A DNA stretch of 64,000 bases from Trichoplax sp. H2 (Eukaryota), in contig NOWV01000162.1 of the NCBI GenBank assembly GCA_003344405.1, positions 1 to 64,000 on the forward strand. Direction: 5' to 3'. Shown here piece after piece: positions 12,631-26,774 of the stretch. Numbering within the stretch: the stretch's first letter is position 1; each line of letters begins with the position of its first letter. The notes below the pieces were generated by a model, which saw only the letters and a program-made list of their open reading frames with translations, had not been told where the DNA came from and did no database searches. A program made the translations under genes and the position numbers.

Positions 12631-15600
12631 TCAAGTCAGCCTTAACTTAATTGTACGTGTCTATATTTGCATTCTAATTTGTTTACGAATTGCAATAATG
12701 CAATACGATAGCTTAGTCAAGACAATGCCTATTTATGATTCTATTGAATACCGAGTATTCAATTTGACCTATCATTTCTAAAGCTTATCATTATTTTTAA
12801 TTACTTTATACTCATTGAGCCACTTTCATTAGTCCCATAATCCAAATCATTTGCTATTTGAGCTAGAATTACCTAGAACTACTGTTGGTTTCTGATAAAA
12901 CCACTATGGCTCATGTAGTGAATAACCTTATCAAAATCTATATATATGTAATTAATGTGCAGTTGCGTAGTCATGGTATAACTAATTGAACATATATCCG
13001 TATATACGCGTATACTTATACGTAATTAATACGTAGTGCTACCGTCATATGAAGATACCGTACTGTTGATTAACATGGTACTATATAGATTAATATATAT
13101 TTAGAGATAGCCAATATAAAATATGCCCACGCATTCTTTATACAGTAATGAGTTGGACACTACTCTCGATTTCTTTATTATTGTATAGTATAATTTTCTA
13201 CTTTCATTCTGATGAAGACCTTTTTAAAGTAAACAATTTGCTATTTGTATATCTTCAAACTAATATTGAGCTTATTTGGTTGGATATTTTTTCTAATAAT
13301 CAACTTATTTGTGATAGTGGTATAGGCCATGAATACTATACATTTGTATTCTTTCTTTAATATCTAAACCTTTTGTGAATGAGCAGTTTACTGATGGAAT
13401 TCTTTCTATTCATCTAATACTAAGCTTGTTTACAAAAATAAAATGATCCATAGGTGCTATACACAGGTATTTCTGCTTGCCATTCTAATTAAAATCTTTT
13501 ATGTGTAAGTAAATTACAATAAGGATATTTTTCTAGTGGTAAGGTACTATAATTTATTTCGATGTATTTCCTTCTATAATAAGCTTATTTATAAAAATGA
13601 GACAGTCCGTAGATATTATGTATTAGCACTTCTTTTTTTATTCCAACTGAGCCTTTTTTTGAATGAGCAATTTGTTACTGAGATGCTTTCTTTCTAATAG
13701 TAGCCATTAAGCCTATTTAACTCGGTATGCGTATATATAAAATGGTCCTAATATACTATACGTATTTCTTTTCTATTTTAACAAAAATCCAAATGAGCAA
13801 TTTAGTGTTACTTGTAAAGGTGAAATGAAAGTTCTATGTTGCAACAGTGTACTAAATTAGAGACAACTTTACCAGATGAACTTTGCTATATTCAATATCT
13901 ATTCCTTATTTTACAATATATAGATTTAGAACATAATTTTTAAGCCATCTCTCACGTAAGGCTTATACGTAGGGATCTTAAAGTCTGCTTTGCTACAATA
14001 AATGCAAGATTTGAGTCTCAACTTGCAGAATTAAGCTTACTAATACGACTTTCTGTGCTGAGATATGCATTAAACATGAAAAATCTTTCGCAAAGTTACA
14101 ATTTGTTTTGATAACCGCCATTACAGACTCTAGAAGAGTTTTTAGTATCCTTACTCTGCTTCGACTTAATAGTATGTTTCAATTTTTATATTTACAGCAT
14201 TCCTAAGCTATGCTTATAATCTAACTATCTATTGCAATGCTTTAAGACTGCAGTAGTAGCCTTAAAGTTTATTTATTTTACTTTTATATCGATATAATCA
14301 GGCGGGGCATTTCAGTTCCGGTCTTTATCTTTTTCATTTTATTGTTATTGTTTAATTTTACGTAATTTGGCTATTAAAATGATCGTTACTTTAGACATTT
14401 TATATGCTATTATTGTAAAGATATCTTTTAAGGATTATAAATTCTCTTACTGATATACACGTATAATTCAAATCTGTTACGGTTAATAGCATAATTTTAA
14501 GGTGTATAGCAGTCATTATATAGATATAGGGAGATAACTCACTTCTCCTTTGATTTTGATACGTGATTAAGAACTGAATTTGTCTAGCTAATCATACTAT
14601 TATCCAATTTAATATATCTTAATACAGTACTAGCACGCTATCACTACTGAAAGTATACAGGATGCGAATAATTAAATATATAATTCGAGGTGACTATTTA
14701 TTGTAGATGTTCTAATCACAACATACCAGTAGATATACACTGTATACAATTTTTACCGACGATGTACATTTTAAACAACCTTTTCACACTTATTTATTAC
14801 GTAATGACAATTTTGGGGGCAGTTGTAAACAATTTATAATGACTGTTTGCTATATATTCACATCTTACATTACAAAAACGTGATTTACCTTTCTGATCAA
14901 AAAGTAAATAATGAAATCCGCATATTACTATAGTAAAGCTAGAAATATTGTATAATGCTTCATACTATACGATATGATAGCATTCTTACTTAAATGCATT
15001 GAAATAAAATGTTTATATAATATGCGGGCGAAATGTGCGTTTATATTAATTATATAATTTTACCATATGGTGCCACGCGGAAATGGTATTATTAACATTA
15101 CTACCACTCCATGTATAAAGATGTCTATGTAAATTTATGCACCTGATCTTACTTATATTATTGATTTATGCCGAACTACCGCATATATTAAGGGTGCGGT
15201 ATGTTCATTTTGAATGAATAAATATATCAAATTCACAATATAATCCCATAAAGTTACAACAGTATTTGATTTGTTAAAATCATTCTCCGACACTATTTGC
15301 ATATATTGCATATACAAAGCTATATGATGTACGGTATATTACTATATATCTATCAACATACTCGTATATGCATACAGAGATATTTTTAAGGAAAACACTA
15401 ACTTTAGAGAATAACTGACAGTTATTTTCTGCTGCTATATGTATACTCGTATGTAATTAGCAAAAGCATGCAACTCTTGCTTGCTGCTCCTTTCAATTCT
15501 TAATCTGTTTTAAGTAAGTATCGATTCAAGACACTATTGATGTCATCATTAGAGTTTAGCACTTAAAATTAGGAACAACGATACCATTATTGATTCATTC

Positions 15601-15836
15601 ATATATCTAACAAAGACTTGCACATATGTTGTATTACAATATTTTATTATATACACTTATGCCTATCCTATACAACATAGTACTGATCACTAGATTAGTC
15701 TATAATGATTATCCATTCGGTCTTTGGCAGTAAGATAAATCATTATAAAAATCTTTTCCTATACTGCACTAAGGATATACAATAGATGTACTGTTGCATT
15801 CTAACAATAAGACCTTAAAATAATTTTAATATTGCT

Positions 15837-17390
15837 AATAGATTTAATTGTTTCTACTGTATCATCAAATCAACCCAGCAGAAATTTTTTCTTGTTACAC
15901 ATAATTTCTCATTGAAACTTTTACTTGGTCCTATACGATAGTATAAATTACGGGCAACGAATAATATTATAGTGATAGAACATTTCTTAGGTTCAGTTAT
16001 AATATTACATATCATAGTGTAGTAGTATCACCTAAACTTTGAGGCAATCCTTAATTAAAAATGCTACTCAGGGCAAGTAATCGACCTTGTTAACAATAAT
16101 TAATGTCCGCATCATTGAATTAAATAGAATATGATTATTACGGTCAATCCCGGGAATCGGCCATTCCTGGGAAAGACCGGGCACTCCTGGGAATGACCAG
16201 CAATTTCGGTCAATCTCAGGAATGACATTAGCAAGCAAATAAGGCATTGCTATCATAGGTAGTATTGGCCCTATAGTATGCTTATTTCAGTTGAAGGAAT
16301 TCTATAAGAAAAGCTATTGCACAGAAAATATTGCAATCTATAGCTATAGTCGTACCTCTGTGCGCGCTAAACTCTAGAGACGATGGATTTCACATGATAT
16401 TCGGCATGCTAGCTTNNNNNNNNNNNNNNNNNNNNAATAGATTTAATTGTTTCTACTGTATCATCAAATCAACCCAGCAGAAATTTTTTCTTGTTACACA
16501 TAATTTCTCATTGAAACTTTTACTTGGTCCTATACGACAGTATAAATTACGGGCAACGAATAATATTATAGTGATAGAACATTTCTTAGGTTCAGTTATA
16601 ATATTATATATCATAGTGTAGTAGTATCACCTAAACTTTGAGGCAATCCTTAATTAAAAATGCTACTCAGGGCAAGTAATCGACCTTGTTAACAATAATT
16701 AATGTCCGCATCATTGAATTAAATAGAATATGATCATTCACACTATAAACTAGGCTATCTGATATAATGTATTCTAAATATCTACCTCTAGGACAAAATT
16801 ATAGACGATAAAGAAGCACTATTGTCTATTTTTACCTACCAAATCATAACAATTTGCTATAAAACATAAGATGACATTAACATAAAATTATATCTATTTA
16901 GAATGAAAATGAAACTATCTGTAACCCCTTATGGTAGAGCCGATACCTTCATGTTATATTTAGTTTCGTATCTTATCATTTTTATTCATCAACTTTAGAG
17001 GAATAAATCATAAATGGATTAAATAAATGAATGAATGATCGCAAGCAGACAACTGCAATGAGTGGTGAGGATGCATGCTACTCAATTTCTTTCTAATATT
17101 TATGTTAGCTGGAACAGTTGGAGCTGAGATACAATATTTTTCTTGTCTAAGGGCTCTACATATTATTATTATGAAGTACTAGTTTGAAAAGAGAAAATAG
17201 TAGAATGATGAAATGAAGGCATTGCTATCATAGGTAGTATTGGCCCTATAGTACGCTTATTTCAGTTGAAGGAATTCTATAAGAAAAGCTATTGCACAGA
17301 AAATATTGCAATCTATAGCTATAGTCGTACCTCTGTGCGCGCTAAACTCTAGAGACGATGGATTTCACATGATATTCGGCATGCTAGCTT
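15837..17390. repeat. Near-identical duplicated blocks around a 20-N assembly gap (probable uncollapsed haplotypes)
   Basis: 15837-16135 matches 16436-16734 (2 substitutions seen). 16241-16415 matches 17216-17390 (1 substitution seen). Ns at 16416-16435. Confidence 0.9.
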
Positions 17391-20300
17391 GATTGCATCG
17401 TCATTGATAATTCAACGTTAGCCTGGTCTGAGCCAAGATCTGGTAGCCGTGCGACGGGCTATGCTATACAGTAATGATTAATTGCCTTAGGCTAATTTGC
17501 ACCCGTCCGTCTGTTGTGATTTTCACTTGTTTACGATCTCTAGACTATTCTATAGAGATTGAATCCTTTGGAGTCATGCAACTTAAAGGAAATTGTTCTT
17601 TTTCTTATTTATTGCATAGAATTATTAAGGATTAAAACGAAAAATGTTTACCCTTAAATTATTGATATGATGGCTGTAGAACAAAACTCAGCTTTGCGAG
17701 ATAAAGTTTATTTTATTTTCGAGCCATATATGCTCTTATTACAAAGAGTAAAATCACAACAATATTCTATATCCTAATAGAAAATATGAGAAAGAACTAA
17801 ATTGCATTTACATTTTTAAACTACGCATATATTCACGTCACCATGTTTAGAATCTAAAAATTGTAAGATAGCTTTATAGTCAACAAGATCATAAAACATG
17901 TTGGAGAGAATTCTTTGAAACCTCTACAATTCTACCTGCAATATAAGCTATGCCGTAATTGGTTACTATTGTTAATATAATCGCTGACAGAATATATATT
18001 ATTTATTAAGATTTAGCTTCGAATATGCCGCAAACAGTGTCCAATATATTCTCATCCTACTATACGATATTCATTTTCATCACATGTAAGAAAATTTATC
18101 AGGAAACGATTTTTAACGAAGGTCTTGTGTTATATTTGATAGATAATTGGTAGTCACACCAAGAATTAATATTACATGCAGTTATCTAATTTCATGCATG
18201 TTTTTGTAGATAGCAGCTTGTTTTTATAATGTTGTTTACATAGGAAAGTGAAAATAAATTTATACTTCAATAAAAGTTACATATGATAGTATTACGTATA
18301 TAGTATATCAGAGATATTAATGGACACCAAAAGTAGACAAATTACTTTTCGATGAAAGGGAATCTTTACGACCTTTTATTAGCACAGTGCTGTGTAAGGT
18401 ATTATTCAGACTTCTCTCCATAATCAACATGCATCTACGTACATAGCATGACTATATCGGTACCGATTACAGATGTACAGCACTTTACAGTACAACTTAT
18501 ACCAATTTTAATCCACTGGTATAACCTTATATTTTAATTATTTTACATCGACATACTCATGACTCGTATAGCATGTATGCAGATAGTGCACTGTATTACA
18601 TTCTATTATGATACGACATCTCCTTATCTATAATTAAGATTTATTAAGGAGCATATTTATATTAACTCAAGCTTTTGAAATTGTATGATGACATGAAAAT
18701 ACTTCAAATTATCGGTGAAAAATATGGTTTGATTGTACTAAGTAATTTATAGGATGAAGAATTTACTGTAATGCTTAAATTAAAAGCGATGATTAATAAT
18801 AGATCGTGTGATAGTAAATTTACCTTGATTTTATGACTTTATAGGCAAGATGTGATTGTGTTCCTAAAAATAATCCTGTAACTAATTGTATAAGTATATC
18901 AATCGTCGATAGACGATTAATTAAAGATAGACAATAATTATAATCCTTGGTAATGTTAGAAGAATCAAATTTGCATAATAAAGTGATATTTTATAAGTAA
19001 TGATAGTGCTTATCGTCATAATTTGAAGATACTTTATCATCATTGTTAATGGGTTATGAACATTCATTCTAGTTATATGAAACGATTTAAGATATTGACA
19101 AGACTTGGTCAGTTAGCGATTTGATATCGTCAAAAGGGCAAGGATGAAAGCCTCTGGATTACTCTCCTTAAAATAAGAGAGTATTAGCTTAAAAGAAAGT
19201 TTACGTTTTACAACACAGAATGCCTTTATGCACAGTCGTGTACAAAATGTTCAGCTAGTCGAACTGAGAATGGCGAAGGATGTAAGTCCGGATTGTAATT
19301 CTTCATGAGCATCAAGTCATTGAAAATTGAAAAAGGGAACGTATGACTCAGTAACAATGTTGAATCTAATTAGGATATATTATTTTGAGATATGAGGTAT
19401 TAACTGGTTCGTAATAACGAAAATAATCGGTAAGCCTCAATCTATATTAAACTAAATCAAGAAGGATAACATCTCTTATGTTTCTATTAATATTTTTGCT
19501 CTAGTTCTAGTATGATTAGCCGTTAAAGACATTCAAGTGGATACCTTTTCCTATAGAATTCATTTAAAGCTGTAAGAAAAAATGGGAAGATAAGAGGAAG
19601 AAGGAAAGTCTTTCAAATGGATTCAATAATAGGAAAGGAATTTATGACTCACTGTTTGTCGTAAACAGTTGGGAGTATTATGGGTAGTTAAGGCGTACAA
19701 ATTGACACAATGTGTATATTAAGTTGATTTACAGTAGAGTAGTACCAGTAGAAAATAATGAAAGAAACGATAATGATTAAACGAGATTGAAAAGGATCAA
19801 ATAATTAACATCAGCTCTTTAAGAAACAGATCATTGGATATTTTTGGCTACAGCTATAACACCATTTTAATGATTATAATTAAGATCTTATTCAGCGTAT
19901 CGAATTGAATCTGATACGCAATCTGTATAGAGCGAATTTGCCGTGGTTTAATTTTAGGATATGATGTCATGGCATAGACTTCAAGCCGTCGATTAATTTA
20001 ATTTAGTCTATAGGTGTAACCGTCACTAGCAGTATTCCACAAGAGATAGCAACTTAATCATACCATGGAGTAGCAATTACAAGCATAGCGTAATTATTTA
20101 TATTTGTTCAATCAGAGAAAATGAGTTAACGCGGCCGATCCCTGAGATACCAAAGCAATAACGTAATGTGTTAAAATAACAATCTAAGTCATGTAGGCTT
20201 ATTTCAAGGTATAACGATGAATGCGAATAGAAGGTACATTAATTTCGCTTTGAATAAAATAATAAAATTTTGTATTTTATTTTAATAAAAGAAACCAGCG

Positions 20301-20869
20301 ATCAATAAAAACTAACTATTGATGGCCTGTTCTTTCTGAACTACAATGACTATTGTTGATAGAGTAGACAAAACGTATTAAGGAGGATGCATTTCTATCT
20401 GCATGTCGACTCGAGTTTTGTATTTATCCTACTTTTGGCAGATAGATAGCGTTTCTTGTTGCTAGAATCATGACACCTATCTATGATGATGATAAGATGG
20501 ATAGGATAGTTCCAACTACAATCAATGATAAGAAAAGAGATCTTATTATGCAAGGCTGGATATGTTTTCTCCTATCGTCATGCTACCGTTCTCAACATCT
20601 ATATTTATTTTCTTTTTTCTTCTATTGAACGAGAGAAAATAAAGTATCACTTACATAGTAGGAATATTATCAACAATTATTTCCACTACAGTACTGCTCA
20701 AACTATTTCCGTAGAATCCAGATAAAAGCAGTGATTACCCCCTCTATAGCAAGCACTTATAATAGCAAAAAGGGGCTAAATAGAAATTGGAACGGCGTTT
20801 GTATTTTTCCCCTTATATGGAGGTTTACGCTAGCACTATTATTCTCCTTCAATACAAGTAGTTTGTCAT

Positions 20870-21185
20870 GAAAGAAAAGGCTACCGTGCCATAAATGATA
20901 TTGAAATCTTTCCCTTTGAATTATGCTTAAGGAAAGGTTATGTTATGGCTGTCAATATGCCCCCCTCCCATGCAAAAGGTTAAGCCATAAGAAAGAAGAA
21001 AAGAGCACAATGCATAAACTGAAATTTTTTCTTTAAATGATATTGAAGGAAAAGCGATGTTGCAGGTATCAATATGCCCACATTCAAAGAATAAACTATT
21101 CAAGAAAGAAGAAAAGGGTACAATGCCTATACATTGAAGGAAAAGTGATATTCTAGGTATCAATACATCCACCTTCAACGAGTTT
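20870..21185. repeat. Short degenerate tandem array, unit about 90-120 bp, about 3 copies
   Basis: TCAATATGCCC-like motif near 20952, 21069 and 21160; GAAAGAAGAAAAG repeated; AAGGAAA repeated. Confidence 0.6.
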
Positions 21186-21559
21186 ACTAGCAAGAAATTG
21201 ACGTCTGTTAAATTGAATTTTGTTAGCGACAACTTGATTGTGGATTACGCAATTCTTCTCTCATTTTTATGTTGAAAAAAGGTTAAGAATGAGAAATTGA
21301 CGACGATAGTGATTAGGATAAATATCATTCTATCGACTGTTATGCAGTCGCTATTGACACTAGGCATCAGTATACTGTGATTTAAGAATGAGCGCTAACT
21401 AAAAATGAGTTTGCCGGTTACTATCCATGTTATTATCGTCATTAGCTAAGTGGGTACCTAGATGCAACTCATGATCAAGGACTACCGCGACTAGAATCTA
21501 TCATTTTTAATTTCTAGACTCGTTCTTGCGAAGTGATTATGAGTATAGGGTGGAATAAG

Positions 21560-22510
21560 GGTTTGCAATCGAGGAATATCTATGCATACACAGATTAAAT
21601 AATAACCGATTATTATTTCAGCATAATTCCTAATGATAACAATTGAGGGGGAATAGTTTAATTAAGGATTTTTGTGAATCTATTTAGGAGTAGTTTTACT
21701 ACATGCACAACATGCCATTCTCAAGGTAACAGAGCTTAGACGATGATGATTGTCATAGAACTGACGGAATGACTAAAATTAGCCGGTAGCTTTCGCTTTA
21801 CTCCACAACAGTTTACCTCTTGCAGGCGATAGAGAATTTTACAATCTAGAAATAACCATCATTTTGTTATTGAGTTTAAGGAATAGTTTAAATAAAGATT
21901 CAATTCATGTGTGAGCAGTCTTAGAGTATACACAACATGCCATTCTCATGCTAAAAGAGTTTAGATGATGATGACTATCACAGAACCGACGGAATGACCA
22001 AAATTAGCTGGCAGCTTTCGATTATTCTCTAGCAGTTTACCTCTAGCATAAAGTAGAGATTGTACACTCAAGCAATGGCTATTATTTTGCTATTTAATCT
22101 AAGGAATAGTTTATATAAAGATTTACATCATGCATGAGTAGTTCTAGAACATGCACAACATGCCATTCTCGGGCTCAAAAAAGTTAGACGATGATGACTG
22201 TCACGAAGCTGACGGTATAACTAACATTAGCCGGCAACTTTCGATTTACTCCATAGCAGTTTACCTCTAGCATGAGACAAAAGATTTTAAAATCGAGAAA
22301 TATTGACCCCATATACTGATAAAATAAGATGACTACCTTTTTGTTATGCACTAATTTCAGAAATAGCTTCAGTAAAAATTCGTCAATATACGAGAAGCAA
22401 TTTTTGCAATATACGTCTCCGACTGAAAAGAATGTAGATGATGGTTACTATTACTAAACTCCCGGAATGACCTAAATTAGCCAGTTACTTTCGATTTACT
22501 CAATAGTAGC
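21560..22510. repeat. Degenerate tandem array, unit about 224 bp, about 4 copies
   Basis: CACAACATGCCATTCTC at 21706, 21931 and 22154 (spacing 225 and 223). GACGGAATGAC..AAATTAGC and CAGTTTACCTCT-like motifs in each unit. Confidence 0.85.
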
Positions 22511-25079
22511 CCGTCTCAATCGTGACTATAGGAGTCATTAGTGTTAAACTAGGAAGGGGCTCACTTTTGATTACTTTAGTTTAAGGATTATAAAATTATT
22601 AAATATTCATTTAAGGTTGAAACGATTAGCCCAATTTTCATCAAATTACATGTAATTGATAGATTAGCAAATGATACTTTCCTGTAGAAAAGAAATACCT
22701 TGCAACATGACTAGGGGTAAAATCAATTCAGTTGTAAATCAATGGATCTCATCAAGCTTTTAATGTTATTCTCATTGCCATTCGATATCCCCTTCTTCAT
22801 AAATACACTAGTGTATCGCTATTGTGTCATCAAGGACCCGTTAGGCTTTCTCCTTGGCATAATCATTTTGACTTTTTGACAGGTTGATTTTGAATAAGTC
22901 AATAGCTGGTGTTATAGAAAAATCTATTGTTCTTATTGGTTAGTTATATTGTCATTTATTAGGAATGTCTTTTGATAGGAATAGCAAAAGAGGACTCCTA
23001 CTCTAGCAGTAGCTTAATTTGATGGTATAAGATAGAAAAGGAAGAAGAAAGAGAAATAAAAATAACCCTGTTAATTGATTAGGCGTTGTTTGTCTGAGTC
23101 ATTTCCTTTCTAATCACCGGCGTTACTGAAAGGTAATAAAGTTACCTACAAGCGTTCAACTGACTAATGGAGGCTTATACTTCAAGATTTTATTCATAAT
23201 CCAATTATCTAAATTTCAATAAAAAGAGAAAAAACACCATCTGCTAGTTTACTTTTCATTGATTTTCAACCATTGAAATAACAAGTGAATAGCATTATTC
23301 AATCATTGGTTAAAATCAATACGCTTTAAATTGAACCCAACTTAAATTAATTTCATATTTTATTAACCATTCGATTATTCTTCAATCAATTCAAAGTCTT
23401 CCAATCGTCATACTGTCTAACTTAGTTAGTCAGGACCATTAAATTCCACTAATCTAACTGATTTTATTGCATAATAATTTTTCATCTTCGACCGTTACAA
23501 CTTCAATAAATTGACCTCTATCTTCTTCAAATCTAGTATAACCTCTCATCAAATTAGCCTTGACGGTAAGTTTATAAAACCAATTCAATTCTTGGTACAA
23601 CGCTTAGCTAGAGAAGAATTTTATAGAATTTCCTTTACTATCCGAAATATCGAACTACATCGAGCTATCCTTGTTGATTGATATCATTTTCTCTGGCAAT
23701 CTTTTTCTTACTGTCCTTACAGTCTTCAAACAATCTCACGATTGCATTCCAGAAATGTTTAATTTTGTGCTGTAGCTTTACTAAAACACATTTCGCGTAT
23801 GGGCTATCGATCGCCTATCTAATCCATCCAATAGCTTCAAGATCATCATGTTATTAAAAATATGATTAATCTAATATAATCTTTGATTACATTTGAACTT
23901 AGTTTCAGTTAACACTAATTTACCGCTATTGAGTTACGCATCGCTTTTGAATGAAAAGAAAATATTTTTTTAAGCTTTGAATTCATTCATAACTCAAATA
24001 CTACTTTTCTATCTCCAAGACTCAACAACACTCCATCATGGCATTTTCTATTAAGAGTACAAACAACATGGTCCATATAGATTCGTTGGATAATTTCAAC
24101 ATTAAAATAATCTACTTAGTGGTACAAGTGAAACTCAAATATTTTTCAAAAATGAGTTATGATTTTACCTTAGTAGTAACCAAATTTCATTATTTCAATC
24201 TTCTACTACAGTCAGCTCCTATCCAAAATAGAGTTCTTAGTAAGAATAAGTATGGCAAAGATTCACGATGAATTACGATTGCAATACAATTCTAAATTGT
24301 AATCTTACCTACTTATTGGGATAGATATTATAAAATTGTCATCATTTCAAAACTGGCATGCATTCATTTCTAGCTAGTACCGTACGAGTATACCATAGCT
24401 GTGTTATGACTTCCTTTGCCATCATAGACTTTTCCACCTCAAATTTTTTAACAATTTACTTTCTATACCCTTCCATGATCTTATAGAATAAAATGCGATT
24501 TATTAACATTGATTTGAAGATGCAGAAAAATGATTCTTCTCGCTTCTATTCATAAATAATTAAATTCGAGTTATTTAACGATTAGAAGTCACACAGCCAT
24601 TAAGAATACTTCATATTGTAAAGTAATCATATTTTAGAAGTATTAGCACTTGCTGTTTTATACTAATCGGTAGTTATTATCCTCATCTTAGCATACTATG
24701 TTGTAGATATACTCCATTTTTATTTTGTAAAGAAGGAAGTAAATTGAAATTGTTATTAACACATCGCCTGAAGTACTTTATTTGAACTAAAAATTAGAAA
24801 AAATGAAATCGCCTTTCAATTTTTAATATTCTTATTTTATTTCTAATGTTTAAGAGGATCACTTTCTAAACGTGAGTGGCTTTTATCATCAGTAGCCTGT
24901 CTATATTATAATTGATAGAAGGATATTAAGCCGGCTAAGATGAAGAAAATTGAAATCCTATTAAAGCACTCGGGACTATATTTCGCTTCCAGTATAGCGC
25001 ACACTACCTTTCCATGTATGAGTAATTTTCAAGCGTCAATAACCATGTAAACTACTTCATAAACAGGGCGATAGAGGCA

Positions 25080-25980
25080 AGATATAGTTAAACTACCTAT
25101 TCAGTCTAATTTTAATAATGGAAGGATGACCAATGTTAAAAGATAGACATGCACCCGTAATTATCGATAAATTGCATATACAACTCATATCTAAAGTCCT
25201 TCCTCTATTTGACTATTACGATACACCCGGCACACAAATATAGAGCTAAATTATCCATATTTTCCATCTAACTGTTTTAATTATGAAAAGCTGACTAACA
25301 TTAAAAGATAGAAGTAACACCCATGATCATCAATAAATTGCGTATATCTAGGATTCTTCCTCTAAATCACTGTTACGCTGAATCCAGTAGGCAAAATATA
25401 GCTAAATTATCTATATATTCCATGTAATTCCATTAGGAAAGGATGACTAATGTTAATAGATGCAATACCCATGATTTCCGGTAAATTGCATATACCTATG
25501 ATCTTCCTCTTCAGAGGTATGAATATTATAGTATACCCGGTATACTAGATATAGCTAAATTATTGACATTCTCAACCCAAATTGCTTATGTAAAGATGAC
25601 GAATATCACTAGATAAAAATAACACCCATGATTATCAATCAATTGCATATATCTAGGGGTTCTTCCTCTATATAATTATAGTATTGCGTCAAATTTAATA
25701 TACAAGATGTACAGTAGCTAAGTTATCCACATAGTCAATCAAATTTCAATTATGAACGGAAGACCAATGTTAAAAAGTAGAAACAGCAACACCGACGATT
25801 AATATCTTGCATACAATATGCAGGATCTCTCCCTCTGAGCATTGCGGTGTAAACAAGATACGGCTAAATTATCTACATAGTTAATTCCATATTTTAAATT
25901 GTGAAAGGATGATCAATGTTAAAAGATAGAACAACACTCTTCATCATAAATTACGTATCCAGGATCCATCTTCTCTATCA
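25080..25980. repeat. Degenerate tandem array, unit about 150-165 bp, about 6 copies
   Basis: AATTGCRTATA near 25170, 25336, 25484 and 25641; GCTAAATTATC and GATGAC.AATGTTAAAAG recur. Confidence 0.75.
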
Positions 25981-26774
25981 CTTTTGTTATTATTACATAG
26001 ACAACGTATATCCACCCTATTTTTTAAAAAGGACGGAAATTAAATGATACCAGTATGCACAGTAAATGGCAACATTATAGAAGCAAATAGTCTTACGGAT
26101 ATTCATATAAATCTTTGTCTGTTTCTGATTTACTAATACGACTTCGTTCTTGGTTAAGCTTTAAAAGATACCGCAATATACGGTTGTACAGCTTTTATTC
26201 TTTGAGAAGTACCGCATTACAAGAATCAGCATCCTTAGCACGATATTGCCAGCAAAATCTATCTCATTTTCAGATATCCTTGCCGTTAATTAAATTCTTG
26301 ATGCTTCTGTAGATCTCGACGTACGAGCAGCGTTGACATTTAAAATAAACGTAAATCGACAATCTTATTTTCAATAGTATAATTTTCATTTTATTATGAA
26401 TTTTGAAAGCTGTTAGAATATTTTTCACATGCTTTCTCACCATAATTTCTTTAGTATTTTTTAACTACTTTATTTTTTCTCCTGTCATGTTTAAAACTAG
26501 CATGATTTAGCTTATTAATGTTTATCATATCGATTACAAGGCTTATCCGATTTTAATGATCTCATCTCTGTAAGATTGTAACTAAAACTATATTTATAAT
26601 ATATGATTATCATTACTAACTGTAAATTCATGTTCTTTTCCAATCAATAATGTAACTATAGATTAACCACAGAAGCGAAGAAATTTGTAGTGTATCAGAA
26701 GTACATCAATTGCATCCATTAATTTGGAGGAGTTTTATCTATCGATCTACAGCAACATAATTCAATTATTAGCG

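Noticed and set aside
16068..16621. ORF-track ORFs 16068-16256 and 16331-16621
   Set aside because: They derive from the palindromic cassette or span the N gap; no coding signal.
23100..23565. Possible non-coding first exon of L1 paralog B (donor GTAAGT at 23566, acceptor at 26661)
   Set aside because: Plausible, but it rests on splice-like motifs alone and needs transcript data.
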